Assembly (NCBI GenBank): GCA_030726915.1
Contig: JANRCR010000039.1
Span: 508-64,507, forward strand
Reading direction: 5' to 3'
Source of the DNA: Candidatus Nanopelagicales bacterium
Lineage (GTDB): Bacteria > Actinomycetota > Actinomycetes > S36-B12
Length of the DNA stretch: 64,000 bases
Positions within the stretch are counted from its first letter, which is position 1. Each line of letters begins with the position of its first letter. The notes beneath the pieces are model-generated. The model did no database searches and was not told the DNA's origin. It was given only the letters and a program-made list of their open reading frames with translations. Both the position numbers and the translations under genes were made by a program. Below, one piece after another: positions 12,420 through 21,172 of the stretch.

Positions 12420-12916
12420 TGTCGCCTGCCGATCAACTCGCGGTCACTCGGCAACTAGGGCGGGAGCCACGCGACGTGATCCGCGTCGCTCACCGGTGCC
12501 CCTGTGGAGACCCCGATGTTGTCGTGACATCGCCGCGCCTCTCCGATGGCTCACCGTTCCCGACGCTCTACTACCTCACCTGCCCCCGCGCGGCGTCCGC
12601 GATCGGTGGTCTTGAGGGCACGGGCGTGATGCGCGAGATGGAGGCGCGCCTCGACAAAGACCCTCAACTGCGCGCGGCGTACGCGGCCGCGCACGAGCAC
12701 TACCTCACCGCGCGCGCGGCGCTGGCCGATGTCCCCGAGATCGACGGGGTCTCCGCGGGCGGGATGCCCGACCGAGTCAAGTGCCTGCATGTGCTGCTGG
12801 CCCACGCCCTGGCGGCCGGCCCGGGGGTCAACCCCCTTGGTGATGAGACCCTCGATCTCGTGGGGGAGTGGTGGACCACAACCACCTGCTGCGCCACCTC
12901 GGAGGAGTCGACGTGA
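12419..12916 (+). CDS. DUF501 domain-containing protein
   Basis: RCPCGDPDVVVTSPRL...PFPTLYYLTCP pattern typical of DUF501. The ATG overlaps the upstream stop (TGATG). Confidence 0.75.
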   Translation: MSPADQLAVTRQLGREPRDVIRVAHRCPCGDPDVVVTSPRLSDGSPFPTLYYLTCPRAASAIGGLEGTGVMREMEARLDKDPQLRAAYAAAHEHYLTARAALADVPEIDGVSAGGMPDRVKCLHVLLAHALAAGPGVNPLGDETLDLVGEWWTTTTCCATSEEST

Positions 12917-13848
12917 GGGTGGCGGCCATCGACTGCGGCACCAACAGCATTCGACTGCTGGTTGCTGACATCCATGGCTCCGTTCTGACGGAAGTGAAGC
13001 GCAGAATGACCATCGTGCGACTGGGTGAGGGCGTGGACCGCACCGGTGTCTTTTCTGAAGCGGCCTTGACACGCACATTTACAGCCTGTGACGACTATGC
13101 CCGCGTGATCGACGCCCTGGATGTTGACCGAGTGCGCTTCGTTGCGACCAGCGCCAGCCGTGACGCAGCCAACCGTGATGACTTGATGTCCGGGATTCGC
13201 ACCCGATTGGGCGTGGACCCCGAGGTGATCACGGGAGGGGAGGAGGCATTGCTGTCCTTCCGTGGAGCGGTGGAGGGACTGCCGCCCGACCTCGTGTCAC
13301 CTCCGGCTGTCGTCGTCGACATTGGTGGTGGATCGACGGAGTTTGTCCTGGGTGATCGCAGCTCAGGTGGGGAGCTTCAGATGCAGTCGGCCGTGTCCGT
13401 TGACATTGGCTGCGTGCGCATGACGGAGCGCCACCTCCATGGTGACCCGCCGGATGCGGAGCAGATCGCACTCGTTGAGGCGGATGTTGCTGCGGCGTTG
13501 GATCGATCCGACCTTGCGGTGCCCTGGCGCGATGCCGACACGTTGATCGGGGTGGCGGGCACCGTGACGACAATCGTGGCTCTGGCCCGGGGTCTCTCGA
13601 CGTATGATCCAGCGCTCATCCACGGCATGAGTGCCGACCTTGACGAGGTCGAAGCGATCACCGAGCGCCTGCTCACCATGGATCGACATGCTCGCGCTGC
13701 CCTCCCCGTCATGCATCCGGGCCGCGTGGACGTCATCATCGGAGGTGCCCTGGTCTTGCGGGCGATCCTGCGGCGGGCTGGTCGGGCCGTGACCGCCAGC
13801 GAGACCGACATCCTCGATGGAGTGGCCCGGAGCCTCGCCGAGCGCTAG
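12913..13848 (+). CDS. ppx: Exopolyphosphatase, Ppx/GppA family
   Basis: ASKHA-fold N-terminus VAAIDCGTNSIRLLVA and DIGGGSTE. The GTG overlaps the DUF501 stop (GTGA). Confidence 0.85.
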   Translation: MRVAAIDCGTNSIRLLVADIHGSVLTEVKRRMTIVRLGEGVDRTGVFSEAALTRTFTACDDYARVIDALDVDRVRFVATSASRDAANRDDLMSGIRTRLGVDPEVITGGEEALLSFRGAVEGLPPDLVSPPAVVVDIGGGSTEFVLGDRSSGGELQMQSAVSVDIGCVRMTERHLHGDPPDAEQIALVEADVAAALDRSDLAVPWRDADTLIGVAGTVTTIVALARGLSTYDPALIHGMSADLDEVEAITERLLTMDRHARAALPVMHPGRVDVIIGGALVLRAILRRAGRAVTASETDILDGVARSLAER

Positions 13849-13951
13849 AGGGGTTGTCTGTAAGCGATTGCGGCAATGCCATGGGGGGCCGTACACTCCC
13901 GATTCAGGTCTTTCGGAACGCCTGCAACGCTGTTACTCAACGCGCGGTGGG

Positions 13952-14998
13952 ATGACTGCGCAAAGGGGTGTCGTGTCCATCACCATCCGTGATGTTGCCC
14001 AGGCGGCGGGGGTGTCCACCGCGACGGTCTCGCGCGCACTTCGTGGACTTCCTCATGTGGATCCCGAAACCCGCGAACGTGTGCGCCGCGTAGCGGCGGA
14101 GATGGATTACGTCGTGTCGCCCAGCGCGTCCCGGCTGGCGAGTGGTCGCACCGGGACGGTCGCCGTCATCACCCCCTTCATCGATCGCTGGTTCTTCTCG
14201 ACGGTCCTCTCCGGCATCAGCGATGTGCTGCAGGAAAGCGACGTTGACCTGCTCGTTTATGAGGTGGGGGATCCCGCCACCAGCCCGGGACTGCCGGCCG
14301 AACGTCGACTGCGCGGTCGCGTTGATGGGGTCATCGTCGTCACACTGCCCACGGATGCGCCCCGCATCGCAGACCTGCTGGAGATCGGCCTGCCGGCGAG
14401 TTTCATTGGCGTTCGCTGGCCAGGTGTGCCATCGGTGTGTATCGACGATGCAGCGGCTGCACGCATGGCGACTCAACACCTGATCAATCTCGGTCACGAA
14501 CGCGTCGGCATCCTTTCGGGTCGTCCGCAGGCTTCGACATCCCAGGCGGCCCGGGCGCGGGGCTACACCGAGGCCATGAAGGGAGCCGGCCTCGAGCCGG
14601 AGGAAGCCGCCTACGGGTATTTCACTGTCGCCGGAGGTGAGTCGGCCATGACCTCACTCCTGTCCCAGCCGCGACCACCGACCGCGGTTTTCGCGATGTC
14701 GGATGACATGGCCTTTGGGGCGATTCGTGCACTCCAGCGTCACGGCATCCGCCCCGGTGTCGACATTGCCATCGCGAGCATTGATGGCCATGACCTCTCG
14801 GAACTACTCGACCTGACGACCGTGGGCCAACCTGTGGAGCAGATGGGTCGCATGGCGGCGCATGCCCTTCTCGACCGAATGCTCGGTCGCGATAACCCGG
14901 ATGCCGGTGATCCGGACGCCGGGGAGATCGCTGTTCCGACGACTCTGGTGGTGCGTGGCAGCACCGTGCCGGTCGAGCGCACAACATCCCTGGGCTGA
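13952..14998 (+). CDS. LacI family transcriptional regulator
   Basis: N-terminal HTH ITIRDVAQAAGVSTATVSRALRG followed by a periplasmic-binding-protein-like sugar-binding core. ATG 13952 was chosen within a longer ORF. Confidence 0.85.
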   Translation: MTAQRGVVSITIRDVAQAAGVSTATVSRALRGLPHVDPETRERVRRVAAEMDYVVSPSASRLASGRTGTVAVITPFIDRWFFSTVLSGISDVLQESDVDLLVYEVGDPATSPGLPAERRLRGRVDGVIVVTLPTDAPRIADLLEIGLPASFIGVRWPGVPSVCIDDAAAARMATQHLINLGHERVGILSGRPQASTSQAARARGYTEAMKGAGLEPEEAAYGYFTVAGGESAMTSLLSQPRPPTAVFAMSDDMAFGAIRALQRHGIRPGVDIAIASIDGHDLSELLDLTTVGQPVEQMGRMAAHALLDRMLGRDNPDAGDPDAGEIAVPTTLVVRGSTVPVERTTSLG

Positions 14999-15055
14999 AC
15001 CCCGATGGCTGTGCTGTGTCATCGGTTATCTCGACCGTCGGTCTAGGCTCCGCGG

Positions 15056-15748
15056 ATGACCATGGTGGAGATACCCGCTTCGGGCATGGCCTTGGATGCC
15101 TACCTAGCCCTCCCGGGCACGCATCGGGCTCCCGGCGTGATCGTCATCCAGGAGTGGTGGGGCTTGGTCCCGCACATCCGCACGGTGTGCGACCGTCTTG
15201 CTGAGGAGGGATTCGTCGCCCTGGCACCGGATCTGTATCGCGGAGCTGCGACGACCGAGCCGGATGAGGCACACAAACTGATGATGGGCCTGAAGGTTGC
15301 GCAGTCTGCGTCGGATCTCGCCGCGGCAGCGGACTATCTCGTCCGCTCCGGCTGCCTCCCCGCCGACAGGGTGGGTGCCATGGGTTTTTGCATGGGTGGG
15401 GGTCTTGCGCTGCTCGCGCCCACCGTGAGCCCTCACATTGACTGCGCGATGGCCTTCTACCCCGCGATGACGTGGCCGGAGTATCACCCGGCGTGGGACA
15501 CCTATCGCGGCCGTGAAGCTGTCATCCATCAGTGTGAGGCGGATGTGTCCTCAACCGGACCGGAGATTGCCCGGTACGCCGCAGCCATCGCTGACCATGG
15601 CGGAGTCGCCGTCGTGGAGACTTATGCCGGCACACCGCATGCGTTCTTCAATGACGAGCGACCCGAGACCTTCCATGCGGCGGCTTCCCGCCTCGCATGG
15701 GATCGATCACTGGCGATGCTGCATCGTCGACTGGACGGCCCGTTCTAG
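15056..15748 (+). CDS. Dienelactone hydrolase family protein
   Basis: Alpha/beta hydrolase with the Cys nucleophile elbow GFCMGGG. Length and layout are typical of DLH. Confidence 0.85.
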   Translation: MTMVEIPASGMALDAYLALPGTHRAPGVIVIQEWWGLVPHIRTVCDRLAEEGFVALAPDLYRGAATTEPDEAHKLMMGLKVAQSASDLAAAADYLVRSGCLPADRVGAMGFCMGGGLALLAPTVSPHIDCAMAFYPAMTWPEYHPAWDTYRGREAVIHQCEADVSSTGPEIARYAAAIADHGGVAVVETYAGTPHAFFNDERPETFHAAASRLAWDRSLAMLHRRLDGPF

Positions 15749-15768
15749 GTACCGGCACGGGCCACGGG

Positions 15769-15842
15769 TGCCTCCGGAGGGGATCGAACCCTCACTGGAC
15801 CGGGTTTAAGCCGGCTGTCTCTGCCGATTGGACTACGGAGGC
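15769..15842 (-). tRNA. tRNA, anticodon loop CUUAAAC (anticodon UAA, nominally Leu) with an atypically short 5-nt variable region
   Basis: The minus strand reads GCCUCCGUAGUCCAAUCGGCAGAGACAGCCGGCUUAAACCCGGUCCAGUGAGGGUUCGAUCCCCUCCGGAGGCA. It has a perfect 7-bp acceptor stem, a T arm GAGGG-UUCGAUC-CCCUC, an anticodon stem GCCGG/CCGGU, and U8, A14, G18G19. CCA is not encoded. Confidence 0.8.
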
Positions 15843-15876
15843 GAAAGGGCCAGCCTAGGCGCACATCGGGGCCAGC

Positions 15877-15897
15877 CTGGGCTGGCTTCCAGCCCAG
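15877..15897. other. Hairpin (9-bp stem CTGGGCTGG/CCAGCCCAG, 3-nt loop) between the tRNA and the BI-1 gene; function unknown
   Basis: Read directly from the sequence. No U-tract follows on either strand, so I do not call it a terminator. Confidence 0.3.
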
Positions 15898-15957
15898 CAT
15901 CGGCTACCGTGGAAGGGACGGCGGGCACGTGGCCCCCGCGACCGCAGGAGGAGCACC

Positions 15958-16851
15958 ATGCAGACGGCCAACCCGGTCCTGTCCCGAATCGACCGAGATG
16001 CGTCACAGGCCTCGCGAGCCGGCACCGGCTTCGCCTACGACGAGGGCCGCAGCGCAGTAGCGTCGGCGCAGCTTGGCGAGGCGGCATCCGCCCCCCAGCC
16101 CGCCACCGCCGGTGATGCTGGCATCTACTCTGGCGTTCAGATCCCGGCCCCAGCGGGCCAGCGGGTGGCCTTCCCCGACATCATGGCGAAGACAGCGATC
16201 CTCTTTGCGATTGCTGTCGTCATGGCCTTCGTTGGCTGGCAGGCCACAGAAATCCTCACGGGCCTGTCCACCGTCCTGGTCTTCGGCGCGCTGATCTTGA
16301 CCGTCGGCCTCGGTTTTGCCAACGCCTTCAAGCGTCAGGTGAGTCCGCCACTCGTGATGGCGTACGCCGTCGTGTCCGGCTTCATGCTCGGTGCTGTCAG
16401 TTACTGGTACAACCAGATCGCTCTGGCAGCCCAATATGAGGGGCTCGTCCTGCAGGCGGTGCTCGCGACCTGCACAACCTTCGGCGTCATGCTCCTGCTC
16501 TTCGGCACCGGCATCGTCAAGGTCACCAACCGCTTCGTCAAGGTGATGATGGTGGCGATGGTGTCGTACTTCGTCATCGCCCTGGCGTCGTTTGTTGCGG
16601 CCATGTTCGGAGTGGGTGGCGGTTGGGGCTTCTACGGAGTCGGCACCCTCGGCCTCCTGCTGTGCATCTTCGGTGTCGGCCTCGCGGCCTTCAGTCTCAT
16701 GCTGGATTTTGAGGCGATCAAGCAGGGTGTTGCGATGGGCCTGCCCGAGCGCGAGTCCTGGAGGATGTCCTTCGGGCTCCTCGTCACCGTGGTGTGGCTC
16801 TACCTCGAGTTCCTGCGGCTGCTGACGTTGATTGCTGCCGGGCGCGAGTAG
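15958..16851 (+). CDS. Bax inhibitor-1/YccA family membrane protein
   Basis: Soluble Ala/Gln-rich N-terminus followed by about 7 TM helices. The C-terminal pattern is typical of the actinobacterial BI-1 family. Confidence 0.8.
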   Translation: MQTANPVLSRIDRDASQASRAGTGFAYDEGRSAVASAQLGEAASAPQPATAGDAGIYSGVQIPAPAGQRVAFPDIMAKTAILFAIAVVMAFVGWQATEILTGLSTVLVFGALILTVGLGFANAFKRQVSPPLVMAYAVVSGFMLGAVSYWYNQIALAAQYEGLVLQAVLATCTTFGVMLLLFGTGIVKVTNRFVKVMMVAMVSYFVIALASFVAAMFGVGGGWGFYGVGTLGLLLCIFGVGLAAFSLMLDFEAIKQGVAMGLPERESWRMSFGLLVTVVWLYLEFLRLLTLIAAGRE

Positions 16852-16883
16852 TCGCGGTAAGCACCGCATCCACCCGGTCTGTC

Positions 16884-17195
16884 GTGGCTGATGATGCTGC
16901 GGTCGAACTCGACCGCGTCGTGGAGCGGTTGCGAACCATGCCGCTGGCTCGACTCGCCGCCGGATGGCCACCCCACGCATCGCGGGCCGTCGCTGCACGC
17001 GCTATCGCGCAACGGCTGGCTGATCTCGGTGCCGATGCGGGTGGCTGGCCACGACGGGTGGTGCTCGACGCGGGTGATGCGGCGGTAGGCGACCAGGTGG
17101 CGGTGACGGGTCGGGACCTCCTCGCCCTGGATCCACCCGCGCCTGTGCGTGCCGAGATGGCCGCGCTACTGCGTGAGGTCCGACTCAATCTGTGA
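16884..17195 (+). CDS. Hypothetical protein
   Basis: About 103 aa from GTG 16884 within the supplied ORF 16794..17195. The composition is plausible but no motif was recognised. Its tail overlaps the SGNH gene end by 11 nt. Confidence 0.4.
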   Translation: MADDAAVELDRVVERLRTMPLARLAAGWPPHASRAVAARAIAQRLADLGADAGGWPRRVVLDAGDAAVGDQVAVTGRDLLALDPPAPVRAEMAALLREVRLNL

Positions 17196-17994
17196 CGGAC
17201 TCGGGCAGCGCCGGCAGGATCTCGCCCTCGCCGCCGAGTCGCCAGGAGGCGATGACCTCCGGCAGGAGCGCCTGCGCCGCCGCGGCGTAGCCCTCGGTCG
17301 AGGGGTGGAAGCGATCCTCGGCAAACATCACGTCGGGGCGCTCGTCGAACTCTACTCCCAGCGCGGCGCCGAGCGGGACCGCTCGTCCGCCCTCCGCCAG
17401 GGTCGCCCGCCTCTGAGCCTCGGCAAGGCGTCTCGACGCCCGCCGCATGACCGCTCGTAGCGGCTGAGGCACGGGCTTCACCGTGCCGAGATCCGGGCAT
17501 GTCGCCATGACGACGTCGGTGCCTGCCTCGCGCAGTCGTCGAACCGCACGACGCAGTCGCCTCGCTGATGCCTGGCGTGGGACGAGATGCGTCACGTCAT
17601 TGGCCCCCACCATGATCACGGCCACATGGGGCCGGGTCCACAGCGCGCGATCGATCTGGGGGTCGAGGTCCTTGGTTTCTGCGCCGATGACCGCATGATT
17701 GCTGAGCGTCACCGGGCGTCTGGACACCTCGGACAGGGCCGTGGCCAGGATGGCCCCCATGGTCTCGTCCGGATGCCGCGCGCCGAGGCCGGCGGCTCCG
17801 GAGTCGCCCAGGATGGCCAGGCGGATGGAAGTGCCGGAGCCTGAGCCGTAGCGGCCATCGGCGTAGGGAGCTGTCGTCGTGCGCCGGCCGATGCGCCGAC
17901 GCGCCTCGAAGGCCTGGGCGGTGAGCAGGCCGGCCGCGGCCACCGCGGTCGCTCCGACCGCTGCGGCACTCCGGGCGATGGGTCCCGGACGCAT
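17185..17994 (-). CDS. SGNH/GDSL hydrolase family protein
   Basis: Block I ILGDSGAAG, block III VGANDV and block V DRFHPS, with an N-terminal TM/signal segment. ATG 17994 overlaps the upstream stop (TGATG). Confidence 0.8.
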   Translation of the reverse strand: MRPGPIARSAAAVGATAVAAAGLLTAQAFEARRRIGRRTTTAPYADGRYGSGSGTSIRLAILGDSGAAGLGARHPDETMGAILATALSEVSRRPVTLSNHAVIGAETKDLDPQIDRALWTRPHVAVIMVGANDVTHLVPRQASARRLRRAVRRLREAGTDVVMATCPDLGTVKPVPQPLRAVMRRASRRLAEAQRRATLAEGGRAVPLGAALGVEFDERPDVMFAEDRFHPSTEGYAAAAQALLPEVIASWRLGGEGEILPALPESVTD

Positions 17995-18710
17995 CAGGCG
18001 CGGGCCCTGCGCAGGAATCCGCGCACCTGCTCCCGCGCGTTGTCCCGGATCTCGGGCCCGTGGGTGAAGGCCGCAATAGCGTAGTCGACCTCGCCGAGGG
18101 CGTGGGCCGTCTCGACGTTCTGGCGGAACGATGTGCAGAAGACCTTGGTCGGCCATGACATGCGGGAGTTCATGTTGAAGATCGAGTCGCCCGTGATGAG
18201 TACGCCGCTCGCGGGATGGAGGAGGGAGATATGACCCGGAGTGTGTCCGGGAGTGTGGAGAATGCGCAGCCCGCCGGCGACGTCGAGGACCTGGCCATCG
18301 GCGAGCTCCGCGGACACGGGAGTCGCCTGGAAGTCACCCCAGGGTGCCCGCGCGAAGATTCGCCCTGACGTGGACACCGTGTCGCCGGGCACGCGTGTGC
18401 CGGTGCGCACATACTCGGCGTCATCCGCGTGGACGTCGACGCCCACGGCGGCTGTCTCGTCGACCATGCGCGAGGCACCGCCCGCGTGGTCGAAGTGGGC
18501 GTGGGTGAGCACGATGCGCTGCACATCGCGGGGGTGCTTGCCGATCGAGGCGAGCGCGCTCACGATCTTGGCGGGGGCGCGCTTGAGGCCGCAGTCGACG
18601 AGGGTCACCGATCCGTCATCGTCGACGAAGGCGTAGGAGTTGATGTAGTCGCCGAGCGTGGGGATGCGGTACACGCCGGGGGCGAGGGCGACGGCAGGGG
18701 ATCGAGCCAT
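17994..18710 (-). CDS. MBL-fold metallo-hydrolase
   Basis: HxHxDH motif (LTHAHFDHAGG) and a later HTPGHTPGH. The start MARSPAV at 18710 was chosen within a longer ORF. Confidence 0.85.
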   Translation of the reverse strand: MARSPAVALAPGVYRIPTLGDYINSYAFVDDDGSVTLVDCGLKRAPAKIVSALASIGKHPRDVQRIVLTHAHFDHAGGASRMVDETAAVGVDVHADDAEYVRTGTRVPGDTVSTSGRIFARAPWGDFQATPVSAELADGQVLDVAGGLRILHTPGHTPGHISLLHPASGVLITGDSIFNMNSRMSWPTKVFCTSFRQNVETAHALGEVDYAIAAFTHGPEIRDNAREQVRGFLRRARA

Positions 18711-18734
18711 GGGGTCAGCGTAGGCTCTCGGCTC

Positions 18735-20099
18735 ATGCGCGTTGTGGAGTCCGTCGTAGAACTCATCGGCAACACCCCGCTCGTCCGGCTCCGCCGCGTC
18801 ACGGAGGGCATCGCCTGCCCCGTCTATGCCAAGGTCGAGTACTTCAATCCGGGCGGATCGGTCAAGGACCGCATCGCTACCCGCATGATCGAGCGCGCCG
18901 AGAAGGAGGGCCTGCTCACACCGGGTGGCACGATTGTGGAGCCGACGAGTGGCAACACGGGCGTGGGCCTCGCGCTCGTCGCCCAACAGCGCGGTTACCG
19001 GTGCATCTTTGTGTGTCCGGACAAGGTGTCACAGGACAAGCAAAACGTGTTGCGCGCCTACGGCGCCGAGGTCGTCGAGTGTCCGACCGCCGTCGACCCC
19101 GAGGATCCGCGTTCCTACTACAGCGTCAGCGACCGTCTCGCGCGCGAGATACCCGGAGCCTGGAAGCCCGATCAGTACTCCAACCAGGACAATCCGCGTT
19201 CGCACTACGAGACAACGGGCCCGGAGTTGTGGGAGCAGACCGAAGGTCGCATCACGCACTTCATTGCCGGCGCTGGCACCGGAGGCACGATCTCCGGCGT
19301 AGGCCGTTATCTCAAGGAGATGAGTGACGGGCGCGTGCGCATCATCGCGGCGGATCCGGAGGGTTCGGTGTACTCCGGCGGCACCGGCCGTCCCTACCTC
19401 GTCGAGGGAGTCGGAGAGGACTTCTGGCCAACGACGTACGACGCGACGATCGCCGATGAGGTCATCGCCGTCAGCGACCGCGACTCCTTTGCCATGACGC
19501 GACGGCTGGCCCGCGAGGAGGGGCTGCTCGTCGGCGGGTCGTGTGGGATGGCTGTGGTCGCCGCGCTCGATGTTGCACGCAGGGCCTCGGCCGGTGACCT
19601 CGTCGTCGTGCTGCTCCCCGACTCCGGTCGTGGATATCTGTCCAAGGTCTTCAATGATGAGTGGCTGGCCTCCTATGGCTTCGGTACCCCGGGTGCAGGT
19701 CGCACCGTCGGAGATGTGTTCCGCGGCAAGTCCGGGGAGATTCCTCCCTTTGTGCACTCGCATCCCACTGAGACCGTGCGCGAAGCCATCGACATCCTTC
19801 GGGAGTACGGCGTGTCGCAGATGCCCGTCGTCCGCGCGGAGCCGCCCGTCATGGCGGCCGAGGTGGTCGGCTCCGTGGTCGAGCGGGACCTGCTCGATGC
19901 GCTCTTCGCGGGCCGTGCGTCACTGGCGGACACCCTTGACCAGCACATGTCGCCGAAGCTCCCGCAGGTCGGCGCGGGTGAGCCGGTGTCGGCGGCCGTC
20001 ACGGCGATGGAGTCCTCCGACGCGATCCTGGTGCTCGATGACGGCAAGCCCGTGGGGGTGCTGTCGCGCCAGGACCTGCTCGGCTACCTGGCTGGCTGA
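18735..20099 (+). CDS. cbs: Cystathionine beta-synthase (PLP fold-type II core plus C-terminal CBS-domain pair)
   Basis: GNTPLVRL, the PLP-lysine region NPGGSVKDRIA, the GTGGTISG loop, and a C-terminal tandem of CBS domains. ATG 18735 was chosen within a longer ORF. Confidence 0.85.
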   Translation: MRVVESVVELIGNTPLVRLRRVTEGIACPVYAKVEYFNPGGSVKDRIATRMIERAEKEGLLTPGGTIVEPTSGNTGVGLALVAQQRGYRCIFVCPDKVSQDKQNVLRAYGAEVVECPTAVDPEDPRSYYSVSDRLAREIPGAWKPDQYSNQDNPRSHYETTGPELWEQTEGRITHFIAGAGTGGTISGVGRYLKEMSDGRVRIIAADPEGSVYSGGTGRPYLVEGVGEDFWPTTYDATIADEVIAVSDRDSFAMTRRLAREEGLLVGGSCGMAVVAALDVARRASAGDLVVVLLPDSGRGYLSKVFNDEWLASYGFGTPGAGRTVGDVFRGKSGEIPPFVHSHPTETVREAIDILREYGVSQMPVVRAEPPVMAAEVVGSVVERDLLDALFAGRASLADTLDQHMSPKLPQVGAGEPVSAAVTAMESSDAILVLDDGKPVGVLSRQDLLGYLAG

Positions 20100-20103
20100 T
20101 GCG

Positions 20104-21162
20104 TCAGCGGCTCCAGATGTCTCCCACGGTGAATCCCGTGGGGAAGGGGTCCGTGGGGTCGACGACGTAGTCGGCGAAGCCGGTGATCCACCCGTGCCCG
20201 GTGACCTCGGGGACGACGGCGGGCACGCCGGCGAGATCCACCTCTTCGACGAGCCTGCCGATGAAGACCGTGTCGGTGATGCTCTCGTGCCGGAACTCCC
20301 CGCCGAGCCTGAGTTGGCCGCGAGCATGCATGGTCGCCATGCGCGCGGAGGTGCCCGTGCCGCAGGGTGAGCGGTCGAGGCACCCTGTGAAGCTGCCGGG
20401 CGCATCCCAACTCGGCCACCCGGTGCCCATGGTCACGGCATTGCGGCGATCGTTGGCCGACGACCGCGGTGGCGCGGACAACTGAGAGATCGTGACCCCT
20501 GCCAGCGAAGGATCGAGCGGGTGGTGCACCGGATACTGCTCGCTCGCGGCCAGCGTCAGCATGCTGCCGAAGCGCACGATGTCGCTGCCCTCGTCGGGGG
20601 TCAGCTCGAGTCCGAAGGCCGAGGCATCGGTGATGGCGTAGAACATCCCGCCCCATGCGATGTCGGTCATCACGGTCCCCACGGAGGGGATCTCCACGGG
20701 CACGCCCAGGTGGGCGACGAAGGCAGGCACATTGCGGAAGGTGATCGACGTGGCCTTGCCGTCCTTGACCGTCGCCGTGATGTCGATCAGCCCGGCAGGA
20801 GCTTCGAGCGTGAATCGCGTGATCGGCTCGGTCACCTCGACCATGCCGGTCTCGATGAGCACGGTGGCGACGCAGATGGTGTTGCTGCCCGACATCGCGG
20901 GGTATTCCACGTGCTCCATGATCACGTAGCCGTGATCGGCTGCGGGATTGCTCGACGGCAGGATGAGATTGCAGCAGGATGCGGGGTAGCCGCGCGGCTC
21001 ATTGAGCATGAGCTTGCGAAGGTCGTCACCGTGAGCCTCGAGGTAGCGGGCCTTCTCGAGCATGGTCGAGCCGGGGACATCGGGGACACCACCGGTGATG
21101 ACCCGGCCGGGCATGCCGTCAGCGTGGATGTCGACGGCGGTGATCCGGCGATCGAACCGCAT
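20104..21162 (-). CDS. Proline racemase family protein (hydroxyproline epimerase / dehydratase-like)
   Basis: DIHADGMPGRVITGG, EYPAMSGSNTICV and DRSPCGTGTSARMA. The start MRFDRR at 21162 was chosen because the upstream 204 aa of the ORF overlap msrA out of frame. Confidence 0.85.
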   Translation of the reverse strand: MRFDRRITAVDIHADGMPGRVITGGVPDVPGSTMLEKARYLEAHGDDLRKLMLNEPRGYPASCCNLILPSSNPAADHGYVIMEHVEYPAMSGSNTICVATVLIETGMVEVTEPITRFTLEAPAGLIDITATVKDGKATSITFRNVPAFVAHLGVPVEIPSVGTVMTDIAWGGMFYAITDASAFGLELTPDEGSDIVRFGSMLTLAASEQYPVHHPLDPSLAGVTISQLSAPPRSSANDRRNAVTMGTGWPSWDAPGSFTGCLDRSPCGTGTSARMATMHARGQLRLGGEFRHESITDTVFIGRLVEEVDLAGVPAVVPEVTGHGWITGFADYVVDPTDPFPTGFTVGDIWSR

Positions 21163-21172
21163 GGCTGACCTC

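Noticed and set aside
16003-16998. A 331-aa minus-strand ORF opposite the BI-1 gene. A comparable 360-aa ORF at 35561-36643 lies opposite the ABC-2 permease gene.
   Set aside because: Both are shadow ORFs with strongly Arg/Gly/His/Asp-rich composition. The plus strand encodes coherent multi-TM proteins.
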